From Alphaproteobacteria bacterium (GTDB taxonomy: Bacteria; Pseudomonadota; Alphaproteobacteria; Rickettsiales; SXRF01): a stretch of DNA of 64,000 nt. Below the pieces are notes generated by a model. The model saw only the letters and a program-made list of their open reading frames with translations, did not search any database and was not told the DNA's origin. The position numbers were made by a program, and so were the translations under genes. Positions 38,246 to 48,214 of the stretch are shown in pieces; position 1 is the stretch's first letter, and every line of letters starts with the position of its first letter. The stretch covers positions 37,256-101,255 of the forward strand of contig JAGVLO010000013.1 of assembly GCA_020049775.1 (NCBI GenBank), given 5' to 3'.

Positions 38246-38698
38246 ATGGGTTTATTTTTATTTCGTTTCTGGGTCGCGCTGGTGCCGATGGCAATTTATG
38301 TCGTTTGGTTTCTGCTTGTACGTCACCGTGCCATAAAAAATAACCAGCCGCTGCCGCAATTCCGTGATACGCCCCTTTATTGGGCTATATTGGCAAGTCT
38401 GCTGGTGGCAGGCATTTGTTTTGTGGTACTGGGCATGTCACAAAAGCGCAATGCAACGGATTATACGCCGCCGGCACGCATATCGCCGCAATTAGAAAAA
38501 CCTTCTGTTCCTCAGGATGGCAATAAACAGCTAAAGCAAAAAAAAGAACCAGTATCCCCGATTGATGATGTGGAAATTCCGGAAACAATCGATCCAGAAA
38601 CAGATGAGTGGGGTGGCCGTGGCAGTAGCCGTTATGTACCCACACGTTACGACGAAAACGGCAATATGATTCCTGCCCATGTCAGGGAAGATCCGTGA
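38246..38698 (+). CDS. Hypothetical membrane protein (150 aa)
   Basis: Two TM segments followed by an acidic C-terminal tail. Sits directly between the kinase and cca. Confidence 0.5.
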   Translation: MGLFLFRFWVALVPMAIYVVWFLLVRHRAIKNNQPLPQFRDTPLYWAILASLLVAGICFVVLGMSQKRNATDYTPPARISPQLEKPSVPQDGNKQLKQKKEPVSPIDDVEIPETIDPETDEWGGRGSSRYVPTRYDENGNMIPAHVREDP

Positions 38699-39942
38699 AC
38701 AACACCATGTCATCGCTTGATTCTTTGGCGCCGGACTGGTTGGCATGGCCGGAAACCAAGCAGCTTACGGCAGCTTTTTCCGCACATAAGAATGCACTGC
38801 GTTTTGTCGGTGGCGCCGTGCGCGATAGCCTGCTTAGCCGCACGGTACATGATGTGGATGCCGCTACCACCTGCCACCCCGAACAGACCATGGCCACATT
38901 GCATCGCGCGGATATAAAAGCCCTGCCGACAGGCATTGCCCATGGTACGGTAACGGCAGTGATTGGAAAAAAATCGTTTGAGATAACCACGCTGCGCAAA
39001 GACATGGCTTGCGACGGCAGGCATGCCGATGTGGCGTTTACCGATGACTGGAAGCAGGATGCTGCAAGGCGCGATTTCACCATGAATGCGCTATATCTTA
39101 CGCCTGAAGGCGTCTTGTTTGATTACTTTGGCGGTGTGGACGATGCCAGGTCGGGTTGTGTGCGCTTTATCGGTGATGCACAGGCGCGTATTTCCGAAGA
39201 TTATCTTCGCATACTGCGTTTTTTCCGTTTCCATGCACGCTATGGCAAGCTCCCTCCGGATGCGCAGGCGTTGGCAGCATGTAGGGCTGCGGCGGCGGAG
39301 ATCGGGCAGTTATCGGGTGAGCGTGTACAAAAGGAATTGCTGCAACTGCTGGCTATTCCGGATGCTTACAAGACGCTTTTGCTGATGCAGATGGAGAGTG
39401 TGCTGGAGCATGTATTTGGGTTTGCCATCGGTAACCTTGGAGCATTTAACCGGCTTGAAACCATTGCGCTGCTCACAGGGCAGAGAATGGATGCCCATGC
39501 TATGCTGGCCCTGTTTGCCATCGTATCGTCCCTGCCGCAGGAAGAGGCGTGCCGGCGTATGGTGGACCGTCTTCGGCTTTCCAATGCCCACGCCCATGAG
39601 CTATTTACCATCGTCCGGCGGTGTCCGGATATTATTTCTTCGTTGCCGGAAGACAGGCAGAAACAATTATTGCGCCAAATGGAGGCAAGGCTGTTTACGT
39701 ATGCCGTGATGGTCAATTGGGCAACAGGCGACGGCGAGCTGTCGCAGTCCTGTCCGTATGCGCGGATGGTACGGCTGGCGGCTACTTGGGATCCTCCATT
39801 ATTTCCTGTTACCGGACGCGATCTGCTGGCGGCAAACATCAAGCCCGGCAAGGATATGGGGCTGCTTCTGGCGCGGTTGGAAAAAGAGTGGGAGGCATCA
39901 GGTTACTCGCTAACCAGAAAGCAGTTACTGGCGCGGTTATGA
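38695..39942 (+). CDS. cca: CCA-adding tRNA nucleotidyltransferase (class II)
   Basis: GGAVRD...DVD motif A, RRDFTMNA motif B, and EDYLRILRFFRF motif D. Confidence 0.85.
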   Translation: MNNTMSSLDSLAPDWLAWPETKQLTAAFSAHKNALRFVGGAVRDSLLSRTVHDVDAATTCHPEQTMATLHRADIKALPTGIAHGTVTAVIGKKSFEITTLRKDMACDGRHADVAFTDDWKQDAARRDFTMNALYLTPEGVLFDYFGGVDDARSGCVRFIGDAQARISEDYLRILRFFRFHARYGKLPPDAQALAACRAAAAEIGQLSGERVQKELLQLLAIPDAYKTLLLMQMESVLEHVFGFAIGNLGAFNRLETIALLTGQRMDAHAMLALFAIVSSLPQEEACRRMVDRLRLSNAHAHELFTIVRRCPDIISSLPEDRQKQLLRQMEARLFTYAVMVNWATGDGELSQSCPYARMVRLAATWDPPLFPVTGRDLLAANIKPGKDMGLLLARLEKEWEASGYSLTRKQLLARL

Positions 39943-41021
39943 CAATACCAAAACCCTATCCGGCGCCTAAGTGGCTCGGTATGCCTGAACTCAAACGCAT
40001 CGAAGAACTCCTTAAGGCTAAGGGTGTCGATTACTTTTTTATTGGCGGCGCCCTGCGTGATGTATTCCTCAATAAAGACCCATCGGATATTGACATGATA
40101 AGCACGGCCACGCCTGGTGATATTATGTCGATTGCCAGGTCCGAAGGAATTGATGCCAGGTTTGTGAACCCTGAAACGGGTACCGTGCGGCTTCGATTTG
40201 GAAAGCCGGTCAGATTATTTGACATTGTCAGCTTTGATTCCATCAACCTCAGGCAAGGCAGTATCTCCGACCGTATCAATGCTTACCTTTGCATGCATGG
40301 AGACCTGACCATGAATGCGCTGGGGATGCATCCCGATGGCCGTTGGTTCGATCCGTTGGGCGGGATAGCGCACTTGCATGAAGGAGTTATCCGGCTTACC
40401 GATTCTGCTATCGAACTTCTGCCACTTAATGAAAACAGGTTGATACGGCTTCTCCGGTTCCATGCGCTGTATGGAAAGAAACCGCTCGACGATGATATAG
40501 TGCAGGTTTGCCGTAAACATGCAGGAGCGCTGGAATATGCCCATAAGGGGAAACTTATGGTGCAGTTCTTCAAATGGGTGGTGGTACCCAAATTTGCTGA
40601 CAGCTTGCAACTGTCACGGCAGCTTGGCCTTTTACCTTATATTTTCCCGTTTGCTCTTGATGAGCAGGAGATCATGCGTCGGTACGAGGTCATTCAAAGA
40701 ATGAGCAAATTGCCTCAGGATGTCGAGGTACGCATGGTGCTTCTAATGCAGAAATCCGGTATGACACCAGAAACGGCACTGGATATTTTTGCAAAACGGT
40801 GGGATATCCAGCCGGTAGCGCATCAAAGGATGCAAAACCTTATCCTTCGCTTCCCGCAGGTGCGTAACTCTGTAGCCATGCAACATGGCAAGGCACTGGC
40901 CGAAGCGCTAGGCAGGCACGTGGCTTGCCAGCTTGTCTTGTTGCACTGGGCGCATGAACCCGATGTTATGCAACCGGCAGCAAGTTACAGGAAATTATTG
41001 GAAGATATATATGCGGCTTAG
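39939..41021 (+). CDS. Divergent poly(A) polymerase / CCA-adding-family paralogue (360 aa)
   Basis: ATGA overlap with the cca stop. Motif A is retained (IGGALRD...DIDM), motif B is altered (HGDLTMNA instead of RRDFTMNA), and the motif D region is ENRLIRLLRFHALYG. Confidence 0.7.
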   Translation: MTIPKPYPAPKWLGMPELKRIEELLKAKGVDYFFIGGALRDVFLNKDPSDIDMISTATPGDIMSIARSEGIDARFVNPETGTVRLRFGKPVRLFDIVSFDSINLRQGSISDRINAYLCMHGDLTMNALGMHPDGRWFDPLGGIAHLHEGVIRLTDSAIELLPLNENRLIRLLRFHALYGKKPLDDDIVQVCRKHAGALEYAHKGKLMVQFFKWVVVPKFADSLQLSRQLGLLPYIFPFALDEQEIMRRYEVIQRMSKLPQDVEVRMVLLMQKSGMTPETALDIFAKRWDIQPVAHQRMQNLILRFPQVRNSVAMQHGKALAEALGRHVACQLVLLHWAHEPDVMQPAASYRKLLEDIYAA

Positions 41022-41740
41022 GCAGATTCGCTGCTGGCGGCTTCACCGGCGGGTGCTTCTTCCAGCGCATAGCCGGCAGAGCGCACGGTGCGGATGAGGT
41101 CTGGCTGTTTACTGTCATAGTCGAGGCCCTTGCGCAGGCGGCGTACATGCACGTCCACGGTGCGGAGTTCGACGTAAATATCATGACCCCATACGGCATC
41201 AAGCAGCTGCTCGCGCGAGAATACGCGGCCTGGATGTTCCATGAGATAACGCAGCAGGCTGAACTCGGTCGGGCTTAAGTGGATTTCCACGCTGTCGCGG
41301 GTGACTTTGTGGGCGGCCACATCCATTTTGATGCCGGCAAAAGCCAGCGTCTTTTCTGACAATGCCGGACGGAAACGGCGGAACACGGCGCGGATACGCG
41401 CAATCAGTTCGGCTGGCGAAAAAGGTTTTACGATATAGTCGTCAGCACCGGCATCAAGGCCGCGAATGCGGTCACCTTCTTCGCCACGCGCAGAGAGCAT
41501 GATAATCGGGATAGCTTTGGTTTCAGGATTCCAGCGCAATTGCTTGCAGATTTCTACGCCGGACATGGATGGCAGCATCCAGTCAAGCACGATGATATCC
41601 GGCTTGTAATCTTTGACCATGCCCACGGCTTCTTCACCGTCACCGGTGGAGTAAACGCGAAAACCTTCACGTTCAAGGTTGTAGCGCAACAGGGTGACGA
41701 TTGCCGCTTCGTCCTCAACGATAAGTACTGATGTTTCCAA
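41018..41740 (-). CDS. phoB: Phosphate regulon response regulator PhoB
   Basis: Very PhoB-like receiver (LIVEDEAAI..., LDWMLPSMSG, ARGEEGDRIRGLDAGADDYIVKPFSP) and winged helix. Confidence 0.8.
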   Translation of the reverse strand: METSVLIVEDEAAIVTLLRYNLEREGFRVYSTGDGEEAVGMVKDYKPDIIVLDWMLPSMSGVEICKQLRWNPETKAIPIIMLSARGEEGDRIRGLDAGADDYIVKPFSPAELIARIRAVFRRFRPALSEKTLAFAGIKMDVAAHKVTRDSVEIHLSPTEFSLLRYLMEHPGRVFSREQLLDAVWGHDIYVELRTVDVHVRRLRKGLDYDSKQPDLIRTVRSAGYALEEAPAGEAASSESA

Positions 41741-41846
41741 CGATGAAATTCCTTTTTTGCTTTTAAAGAGGCATTTATCACACTAGCATTGCAGATACCA
41801 GAGGGAAACCAATCTTGACAGAAAAGTCTTAATAAATAGTTGAAAT

Positions 41847-42416
41847 ATGAATAGTAAATTGCGTTTATGCCTTGATTTAGGACCGCTTGCCGTTTTTTTC
41901 ATCGCCTATCGTTTTTGGGGTCTCCTACCCGCGACCGGCTGTATCATCGTCACCACCCTGATTTCATTGGCCGTGACCTATTATTATGAAAAGCGCTTTG
42001 CTCCTATGCCTTTGATTTCAGGCATATTAATAACCATTATGGGCGGTTTTACCCTGTATTTGAACGACGAGACCTTCATCAAAATAAAACCTACGCTGGT
42101 CAACCTGATTTTTGCCGCGTTGCTGCTGGGCGGCCTGCTGTTCAAAAAATCGATGTTCAAGCTACTGCTCGACGGCGCGCTTACTCTTACAGAGGAAGGC
42201 TGGCGCAGCCTGACGCTGCGCTGGGGGCTGTTTTTTGTGTTTCTGGCGGTAGTCAACGAAGTGATCTGGCGCAGTTTTTCCACCGACTTCTGGGTCAACT
42301 TCAAGGTATTTGGTATGCTCAGTTTGACTATATTGTTTACGGCCGCGCAGATACCGCTTATCAAACGCACCATGATTGAAGACGGCGAAAACGCAAACGC
42401 GCCCGACAAGTCATAA
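41847..42416 (+). CDS. yciB: Intracellular septation protein A (YciB/IspZ)
   Basis: LDLGPLAVFFIAY start, five TM segments, and the conserved KIKPTLVNLIFA region. Confidence 0.8.
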   Translation: MNSKLRLCLDLGPLAVFFIAYRFWGLLPATGCIIVTTLISLAVTYYYEKRFAPMPLISGILITIMGGFTLYLNDETFIKIKPTLVNLIFAALLLGGLLFKKSMFKLLLDGALTLTEEGWRSLTLRWGLFFVFLAVVNEVIWRSFSTDFWVNFKVFGMLSLTILFTAAQIPLIKRTMIEDGENANAPDKS

Positions 42417-42427
42417 AAGAAGTGGCC

Positions 42428-43699
42428 TTAGCTGGCGGCCTTGAGTGCCTGCCATGCGATATCACGGCGGCAAAAACCTTCCGGCCAGTCGATGCAATCC
42501 ACCGCCTTGTAAGCGCGCGCCTTTGCTTCGGCAATGTTGCCGCCAAGCGCGGTGACGCCCAGCACACGCCCGCCGACAGCCACGATATCTGACCCACGTT
42601 TTTCAGTTCCGGCATGGAAGACTTTAGCGCCTTCCACCTGCGCTGCCTTTTCCAGTCCGCGTATTATCGTGTTTTTCTTGTAAGTGTCGGGGTAGCCGTT
42701 AGCTGCCATGACCACGCAAACGGCTGCGTCTTTGTGGAAGGTGATATCCTTGCTGTTTAGTGTTCCCTTGCTGCAATCGAGCAATACTTTGTAAAGGTCT
42801 CCTGAAAAGCGCGCCATCAGCACCTGTGTTTCCGGATCGCCGAAGCGCACATTATATTCCAGCAATTTCGGCCCTTGTTTGGTCAGCATTAGTCCGGCGA
42901 ACAGCACGCCTTTAAACGGTGTGCCTTCTTTTTTCATGCCATCCATTGTGGGCTGTACGATATCGCGCATCACCTGCATGGCGACCTCGTCGCTCATGAC
43001 CGGCGGCGGTGCGTAGGTACCCATACCGCCTGTATTGGGCCCTTTGTCGCCGTCGAAGGCGCGCTTATGGTCCTGTGCGTAGCCAAACAGGGTGGCGTTG
43101 TTGCCGTCACATAATGCAAACAGGCTGACCTCCGGCCCTTCCATGAATTCCTCAATCACTATCGATTTACCGCTATCGCCGAACTGGCCGGAGAACATGG
43201 CGTCGATGGTGTCTTCGGCTTCCTGCTTGCTTTGCGCGATAATCACGCCTTTGCCCGCGGCAAGCCCGTCCGCCTTGATGACAATGGGGTAGGACTTACC
43301 TTGTAAAAAGGTTTTTGCCTCACCCGCATGGGCGAAAAATCCGTAATCGGCGGTGACGATATTATATTTTTTGCAGATGGACTTCATGAAGCCCTTGGAG
43401 CCTTCCAGCTTCGCGGCAGCGGCACTGGTGCCAAACACAGGAATTTTTTCCTGTTCCAGCCGGTTAGCCAACCCATCCACCAGCGGCTGCTCAGGCCCGA
43501 TGACCACCAGCCCGATGGCGTTTTCCTTACAGAAATGCACAATATCGTCGGGTGATTTCAGGGTAATACAAGTCGCGTCCTGTGCAATGCCGCCATTACC
43601 GGGTGCGCAGAAAACCTCGGTTACTGAAGGGGATTGCTTAAGCCGCCAGACCAACGCATGTTCGCGGCCGCCGGAGCCGATTACCAGAACTTTTGCCAT
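42428..43699 (-). CDS. purD: Phosphoribosylamine-glycine ligase
   Basis: MAKVLVIGSGGREHAL start and ATP-grasp motifs. Confidence 0.95.
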   Translation of the reverse strand: MAKVLVIGSGGREHALVWRLKQSPSVTEVFCAPGNGGIAQDATCITLKSPDDIVHFCKENAIGLVVIGPEQPLVDGLANRLEQEKIPVFGTSAAAAKLEGSKGFMKSICKKYNIVTADYGFFAHAGEAKTFLQGKSYPIVIKADGLAAGKGVIIAQSKQEAEDTIDAMFSGQFGDSGKSIVIEEFMEGPEVSLFALCDGNNATLFGYAQDHKRAFDGDKGPNTGGMGTYAPPPVMSDEVAMQVMRDIVQPTMDGMKKEGTPFKGVLFAGLMLTKQGPKLLEYNVRFGDPETQVLMARFSGDLYKVLLDCSKGTLNSKDITFHKDAAVCVVMAANGYPDTYKKNTIIRGLEKAAQVEGAKVFHAGTEKRGSDIVAVGGRVLGVTALGGNIAEAKARAYKAVDCIDWPEGFCRRDIAWQALKAAS

Positions 43700-43748
43700 T
43701 TGCCGATAAGTCCTCTAATGTCTCGAATAGTTAACTAACAGGGACTCT

Positions 43749-45098
43749 ATGCCCGAATCTGCCCTTAATTTCAATCATAACCAGCCGGTCTATACCGTCA
43801 GCGAGGTGTCTTTTTCCATCAAACGCGTGGTGGAAGACCATTTTGGCGTGGTGCGCATACGCGGGGAAATCTCGGGATTCAAGCTGCATTCCTCGGGCCA
43901 TGCCTATTTTACGCTCAAGGATGACAATGCCTGCATCGACGCCGTGTGCTGGAAAGGCAATGTCGGCAAGCTGCGCTTCAAGCCGGAAGATGGGCTGGAG
44001 ATTTTAGGCAGCGGCAAAATCACTACCTATCCCGGCCGATCAAAGTATCAGATAGTCATCGACAGCATGGAACCGGCGGGTGCGGGCGCGTTGATGGCGC
44101 TGCTGGAAAAACGCCGCAAGCAGTTGGAAGAAGAGGGTCTGTTTGACCCCAAGCGCAAAAAGAAACTACCCTTCATGCCGCGTGTGGTGGGGGTGGTGAC
44201 GTCACCTACGGGCGCGGTGATACGCGATATATTGCACCGCTTGTCAGACCGTTTTCCCGTGCATGTGCTGGTGTGGCCGGTGGCGGTGCAGGGCGAGGGC
44301 GCGGCCGAGCAGGTCGCCGCTGCGATTAAAGGCTTTAATGAAATATCCGGTGCGCAGCGCCCAGACGTGTTGATTGTGGCGCGTGGCGGCGGGTCGCTCG
44401 AAGATTTATGGGCGTTCAACGAAGAGGTAGTGGTGCGGGCGGCCGCGGCATCCGATATTCCGCTGATTTCAGCTGTCGGCCATGAAACCGACACCACGCT
44501 GATTGATTATGCCTCTGACATGCGCGCGCCAACCCCGACGGCCGCTGCTGAAATGGCAGTGCCCGTGCGCGAGGAATTACGCACAGGCCTAAAGCAGCTC
44601 GATGCGCGCTTAGCAATGGCCATGCAGCGCATGATGGCGCAGCGGCAGGAAAAGCTGGAAGGCCTCGCGCGAGGCCTGCCCAAGCCGATGCAGCTGCTTC
44701 AGGTATCGCTGCAACGCCTCGATGACTGGGCCGACCGCCTGCAAGGTGCGCTGCCTGCGCTTCTTGCGCGTAAGCAACAGCAACTGGCAGTGGCATCAGC
44801 AGGGCTTCGCCCGCAGGCTATCCGCACGGACATGAACAAGGTGAACGAGCGGCTGAAAGAATTGCAGCAGCGCTTGCAGGCGGCAGGCACGCGCTATCTC
44901 GATACGCGTGAAGAGCGCTTGCGTTCCATGGCCAGCCAGCTGGAAAGCGTCAATTACCAGAAAGTGCTGGCGCGCGGATTTGCACTGGTAAAGGACGCGT
45001 CGGGAACGCTGGTCACCACGGCGGCAGGCGCAAAAGAAAAACCGGAAATGACCGTTACCTTCAAGGACGGTGACCTGAAAGTAAAGCCGCAAGCCTAA
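43749..45098 (+). CDS. xseA: Exodeoxyribonuclease VII large subunit
   Basis: OB-fold N-terminus (VRIRGEISGFKLHSSGHAYFTLKD), the GVVTSPTGA and ARGGGS motifs, and a coiled-coil C-terminus. Confidence 0.9.
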   Translation: MPESALNFNHNQPVYTVSEVSFSIKRVVEDHFGVVRIRGEISGFKLHSSGHAYFTLKDDNACIDAVCWKGNVGKLRFKPEDGLEILGSGKITTYPGRSKYQIVIDSMEPAGAGALMALLEKRRKQLEEEGLFDPKRKKKLPFMPRVVGVVTSPTGAVIRDILHRLSDRFPVHVLVWPVAVQGEGAAEQVAAAIKGFNEISGAQRPDVLIVARGGGSLEDLWAFNEEVVVRAAAASDIPLISAVGHETDTTLIDYASDMRAPTPTAAAEMAVPVREELRTGLKQLDARLAMAMQRMMAQRQEKLEGLARGLPKPMQLLQVSLQRLDDWADRLQGALPALLARKQQQLAVASAGLRPQAIRTDMNKVNERLKELQQRLQAAGTRYLDTREERLRSMASQLESVNYQKVLARGFALVKDASGTLVTTAAGAKEKPEMTVTFKDGDLKVKPQA

Positions 45099-45964
45099 GC
45101 GGCGATGACGTCTTTCGGCCAGCGCTTATGCACCCAGAACCATTGCTCGGGATGTTCGGATATCCATGATTCCAGCGTCTGGTTGATTTGCGTCATGATG
45201 GCCAGCACGTCTTTTTGCTGGTCACCGGTTTTTTCAAATACCAGCGGTGGATAAATGGTCGCGGCAAAATGGCTACCCTGCGTGCGGATAACGCGAGCGG
45301 GAACAATTGGCATATTGTAGCGCAGCGCGAATTCAGCAATGGCGGGTGCGGTCATGGCGGGTTTTTTAAAAAACGGCACAGAAATACCGTCATTCATTTT
45401 CTGGTCAATCAGCATGGCAATGGAATGTCCGGCCTTGATGGAACGCACAAATTTGACAGCGCCGCTTGGCCCTTTGGGGAAGAGGTCAGTTGCCTGCGTG
45501 GCGCGGATACGCGTTATCATGGCGTCCACCAGCGGGTTATTGGCCTTGCGGTAAATTCCGGAAAGAACAGTGCCATTGCGGAAAGCGGTGGGCGAGAGTA
45601 ACTCCCAATTGCCGATATGGCCGGAGAAAAATAAAACTTGCTCGCCTTGTTTGGGCAGGTTTTCCAGCCCGTGAATGGTTATACGCTCAAAAAGTGTTTT
45701 TCCAGGAAGGTGCGGCAATTCTGCTGCCACGCGTCCAAGATTGTCCCACATGCTCATGAGCAGCTTGCGTTTTTTTTCCTTGTCCATGTTTGGGTAAATA
45801 GCCGAAAGGTTTGCTATGGCGGTTTTGTGCGCGCGCAGGAAAGGGCCAACGGAGCGGGCCATAAAGCCGCCAATGCCAGACGCCATATCCAGCGGTAGCG
45901 ACCGGAACGCGATAAAGAGCAGGCAAAGCGCAATAAATTCAAGACGGTTTTTTAGCGGGCGCAT
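45095..45964 (-). CDS. lpxL: Lipid A biosynthesis (lauroyl/late) acyltransferase, LpxL/HtrB family
   Basis: HIGNWE acyltransferase motif and typical length. Located in the lpxK-waaA cluster. Confidence 0.7.
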   Translation of the reverse strand: MRPLKNRLEFIALCLLFIAFRSLPLDMASGIGGFMARSVGPFLRAHKTAIANLSAIYPNMDKEKKRKLLMSMWDNLGRVAAELPHLPGKTLFERITIHGLENLPKQGEQVLFFSGHIGNWELLSPTAFRNGTVLSGIYRKANNPLVDAMITRIRATQATDLFPKGPSGAVKFVRSIKAGHSIAMLIDQKMNDGISVPFFKKPAMTAPAIAEFALRYNMPIVPARVIRTQGSHFAATIYPPLVFEKTGDQQKDVLAIMTQINQTLESWISEHPEQWFWVHKRWPKDVIAA

Positions 45965-46916
45965 AGGCAGAAAAGGCTTTGCTTAAGAGCGTGTCGAGCA
46001 ACGCCTCGTTTTCAAATTCAAGCGAGATGTCGATTACAGTTACTTCAGGTCGGAAGTCCGGCGGCAGGCGCACAGCGTCCTTGGCGGTGGTAACCAGTGG
46101 CGCACCCTTGGCACGCAGCATGCGTATTTCATCATGCGCGTAAGGGTGGTGGTCATCAAATGCAATGCGGTCGGAAAGCGTCATGCCGCTTTCTTCCAGC
46201 ATGCTAAAAAACTTTTCAGGCTTGGCAATACCGCAAAACGCTACCATGGGTTTGCCCCGGAATTCCAGCAGGTTTTGCTCCGGTTTTACCTTGGCAAAAA
46301 TCACGGGAATGCGCGGTAATATAGGCATATTGTTTTTCACGCTACCTACCACAACAATGCCGTTGGCGCGGGCAAAGCCTTTACTTACCGGCTCACGCAA
46401 TGGCCCTGCGGGCATTACACGCCCGTTACCCAAACCGCTCCCGCCATCAATTACCAGTAATGAGAGGTCTTTCAGTAGCGAAGGATTTTGCAGCCCATCA
46501 TCCATGATAAGCACGGCCGCACCTTTTTCGATGGCAAAACGCGCGCCTGCCGCGCGGTCGCGCGCGACAACGGTGGGTAATATCCGCGCCAGCATGAGTG
46601 GCTCATCCCCGACATCGGACGCACGGTGGGTTCTGGGATCTACCAGCACAGGGCCTTCAAGCTTGCCGCCATAACCGCGGCTGAGAAAATAGGCGGGTAT
46701 GCCGTGTTTTTTGCATTTATCCCCAATCGCCATAGCCACTGGTGTTTTGCCTGCGCCGCCTGCAGTCAGGTTGCCGATGCAGATAACGGGTACGGAGGCC
46801 TTGAAGGCAGGCGCATTGCTTTCCCTGATGCTTGCTGCAGCTGAATATACCCATGACAGCGGCAAAAGCAGTGTGGAGATAAGTCCTTTATGATTCCAGA
46901 AGCTAGGTGCTTTCAT
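45939..46916 (-). CDS. lpxK: Tetraacyldisaccharide 4'-kinase
   Basis: P-loop GNLTAGGAGKTP and SRGYGG. Confidence 0.9.
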   Translation of the reverse strand: MKAPSFWNHKGLISTLLLPLSWVYSAAASIRESNAPAFKASVPVICIGNLTAGGAGKTPVAMAIGDKCKKHGIPAYFLSRGYGGKLEGPVLVDPRTHRASDVGDEPLMLARILPTVVARDRAAGARFAIEKGAAVLIMDDGLQNPSLLKDLSLLVIDGGSGLGNGRVMPAGPLREPVSKGFARANGIVVVGSVKNNMPILPRIPVIFAKVKPEQNLLEFRGKPMVAFCGIAKPEKFFSMLEESGMTLSDRIAFDDHHPYAHDEIRMLRAKGAPLVTTAKDAVRLPPDFRPEVTVIDISLEFENEALLDTLLSKAFSAYAPAKKPS

Positions 46917-48214
46917 GCGCTTTTAGCCTCTTTTTTAGGGGAGATAAATATAGGGTCTAGCACTTCCATGATTTTGGTGATGGCGCCACTGTTGAGTTCT
47001 ACCCACCGCTTCGACAAGTCCTGCAGGTCGGTGCGCGTGCTGGAGTTATTGAGCATATTGTCGACATGGGCGGTGAGGTTGTCGGCGCTGGTGGCGCGTA
47101 GCGCGGCGCCGACGGCAATCATGTCTTCGTATATTTGTTTGAAATTATCTGTATGCGGTCCGGTGACGACAGCGCAGGAAAGGCGTGCCGGTTCTAGCGG
47201 GTTCTGGCCGCCATGTTCTACCAGCGAACCGCCCATGAACACGACTTCGCATAAACGGTAAAACAGCCCCAGCTCGCCGATAGTATCGGCCACATAAAAC
47301 TGTATGTAAGGCGCAACAGGTTGTTTTTTGGAACGCAGCGCCACCTGATATTTCTTGCGCAGCATGGTGGCGATTTGTTCGCCGCGTTCGGTGTGGCGCG
47401 GCACAATGACCGTCAGAAGGTTGGGGCGGCGCAACATAAGGATACTATGTACCTTCGCCACCATTTCCTCTTCGCCGGGATGAGTGCAGGAGGCCAGCCA
47501 TACCGGCCTTTCGCCAATAGCGCTTTTGAGCGTCACCAGTTCATTTTCGTTGCAGGTCAGAAGCGCCGCATCATATTTCAGGTTGCCGTTGCACAGCACT
47601 TCGCGTTTACCCAGCCCCTGCAAGCGCACAGCGTCCACTTCGCTTTGTGCAAACATGTAATCAAAGCAGCTGATAAGTTCCTTTATCAGCACGTCGCGGC
47701 GCTTCCACGAGTGATAAGATTTCCTCGACATGCGGGCGTTTATAAGCACCATGAAACAACCTGTGTCGCGCGTCATATATACCATATTCGGCCACAGCTC
47801 GGACTCGACCCAGAAAGCGATATCGGGCTTCCAGTGGCGCAGGAATTTATCTACCGCCTCCGGCGTATCCACAGGCGCGTACTGGTGAATGACTTCCTTG
47901 GGCAGTCGCGCCTGCATCAGTTTGGCTGAGGTCACGGTACCGGTGGTTAGCAGTACATTGTAATCGGGAAACGAACTGCGGATTCTATTGATGAGCAGCA
48001 GGACCGAATTGGCTTCACCGACGCTGGAGGCATGAAACCAGATGAGCTGGCCGGGCTTGCGTTTTTTGGAAGCGGCGCCGAAACGCTCGCCAATGCGTTC
48101 CTTGTCTTCCTTGCCTTTTAACATACGCAGGTAAAGCCACCATTTAACAGGTGTGGCCAGCACTGATGTCAGCGCGTAATATTTGTTCCTCGGCGTTAGC
48201 AACTTTTCAAGCAT
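46913..48214 (-). CDS. waaA: 3-deoxy-D-manno-octulosonic acid (Kdo) transferase
   Basis: WFHASSVGE motif and GT-B C-terminal pattern (GGSL...GGQNPLEP). Confidence 0.9.
   Translation of the reverse strand: MLEKLLTPRNKYYALTSVLATPVKWWLYLRMLKGKEDKERIGERFGAASKKRKPGQLIWFHASSVGEANSVLLLINRIRSSFPDYNVLLTTGTVTSAKLMQARLPKEVIHQYAPVDTPEAVDKFLRHWKPDIAFWVESELWPNMVYMTRDTGCFMVLINARMSRKSYHSWKRRDVLIKELISCFDYMFAQSEVDAVRLQGLGKREVLCNGNLKYDAALLTCNENELVTLKSAIGERPVWLASCTHPGEEEMVAKVHSILMLRRPNLLTVIVPRHTERGEQIATMLRKKYQVALRSKKQPVAPYIQFYVADTIGELGLFYRLCEVVFMGGSLVEHGGQNPLEPARLSCAVVTGPHTDNFKQIYEDMIAVGAALRATSADNLTAHVDNMLNNSSTRTDLQDLSKRWVELNSGAITKIMEVLDPIFISPKKEAKSA

Noticed and set aside
36795-38294. A 499-aa minus-strand ORF antisense to the EnvZ-like kinase.
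   Set aside because: The plus strand carries the complete H, N and G box kinase motifs. The antisense product is low-complexity with no recognisable domain.
39621-41021. The ORF-track 466-aa version of the second nucleotidyltransferase, starting at 39621.
   Set aside because: The upstream 106 codons overlap the cca gene in another frame. The ATG at 39939 overlaps the cca stop (ATGA) and begins the recognisable domain.
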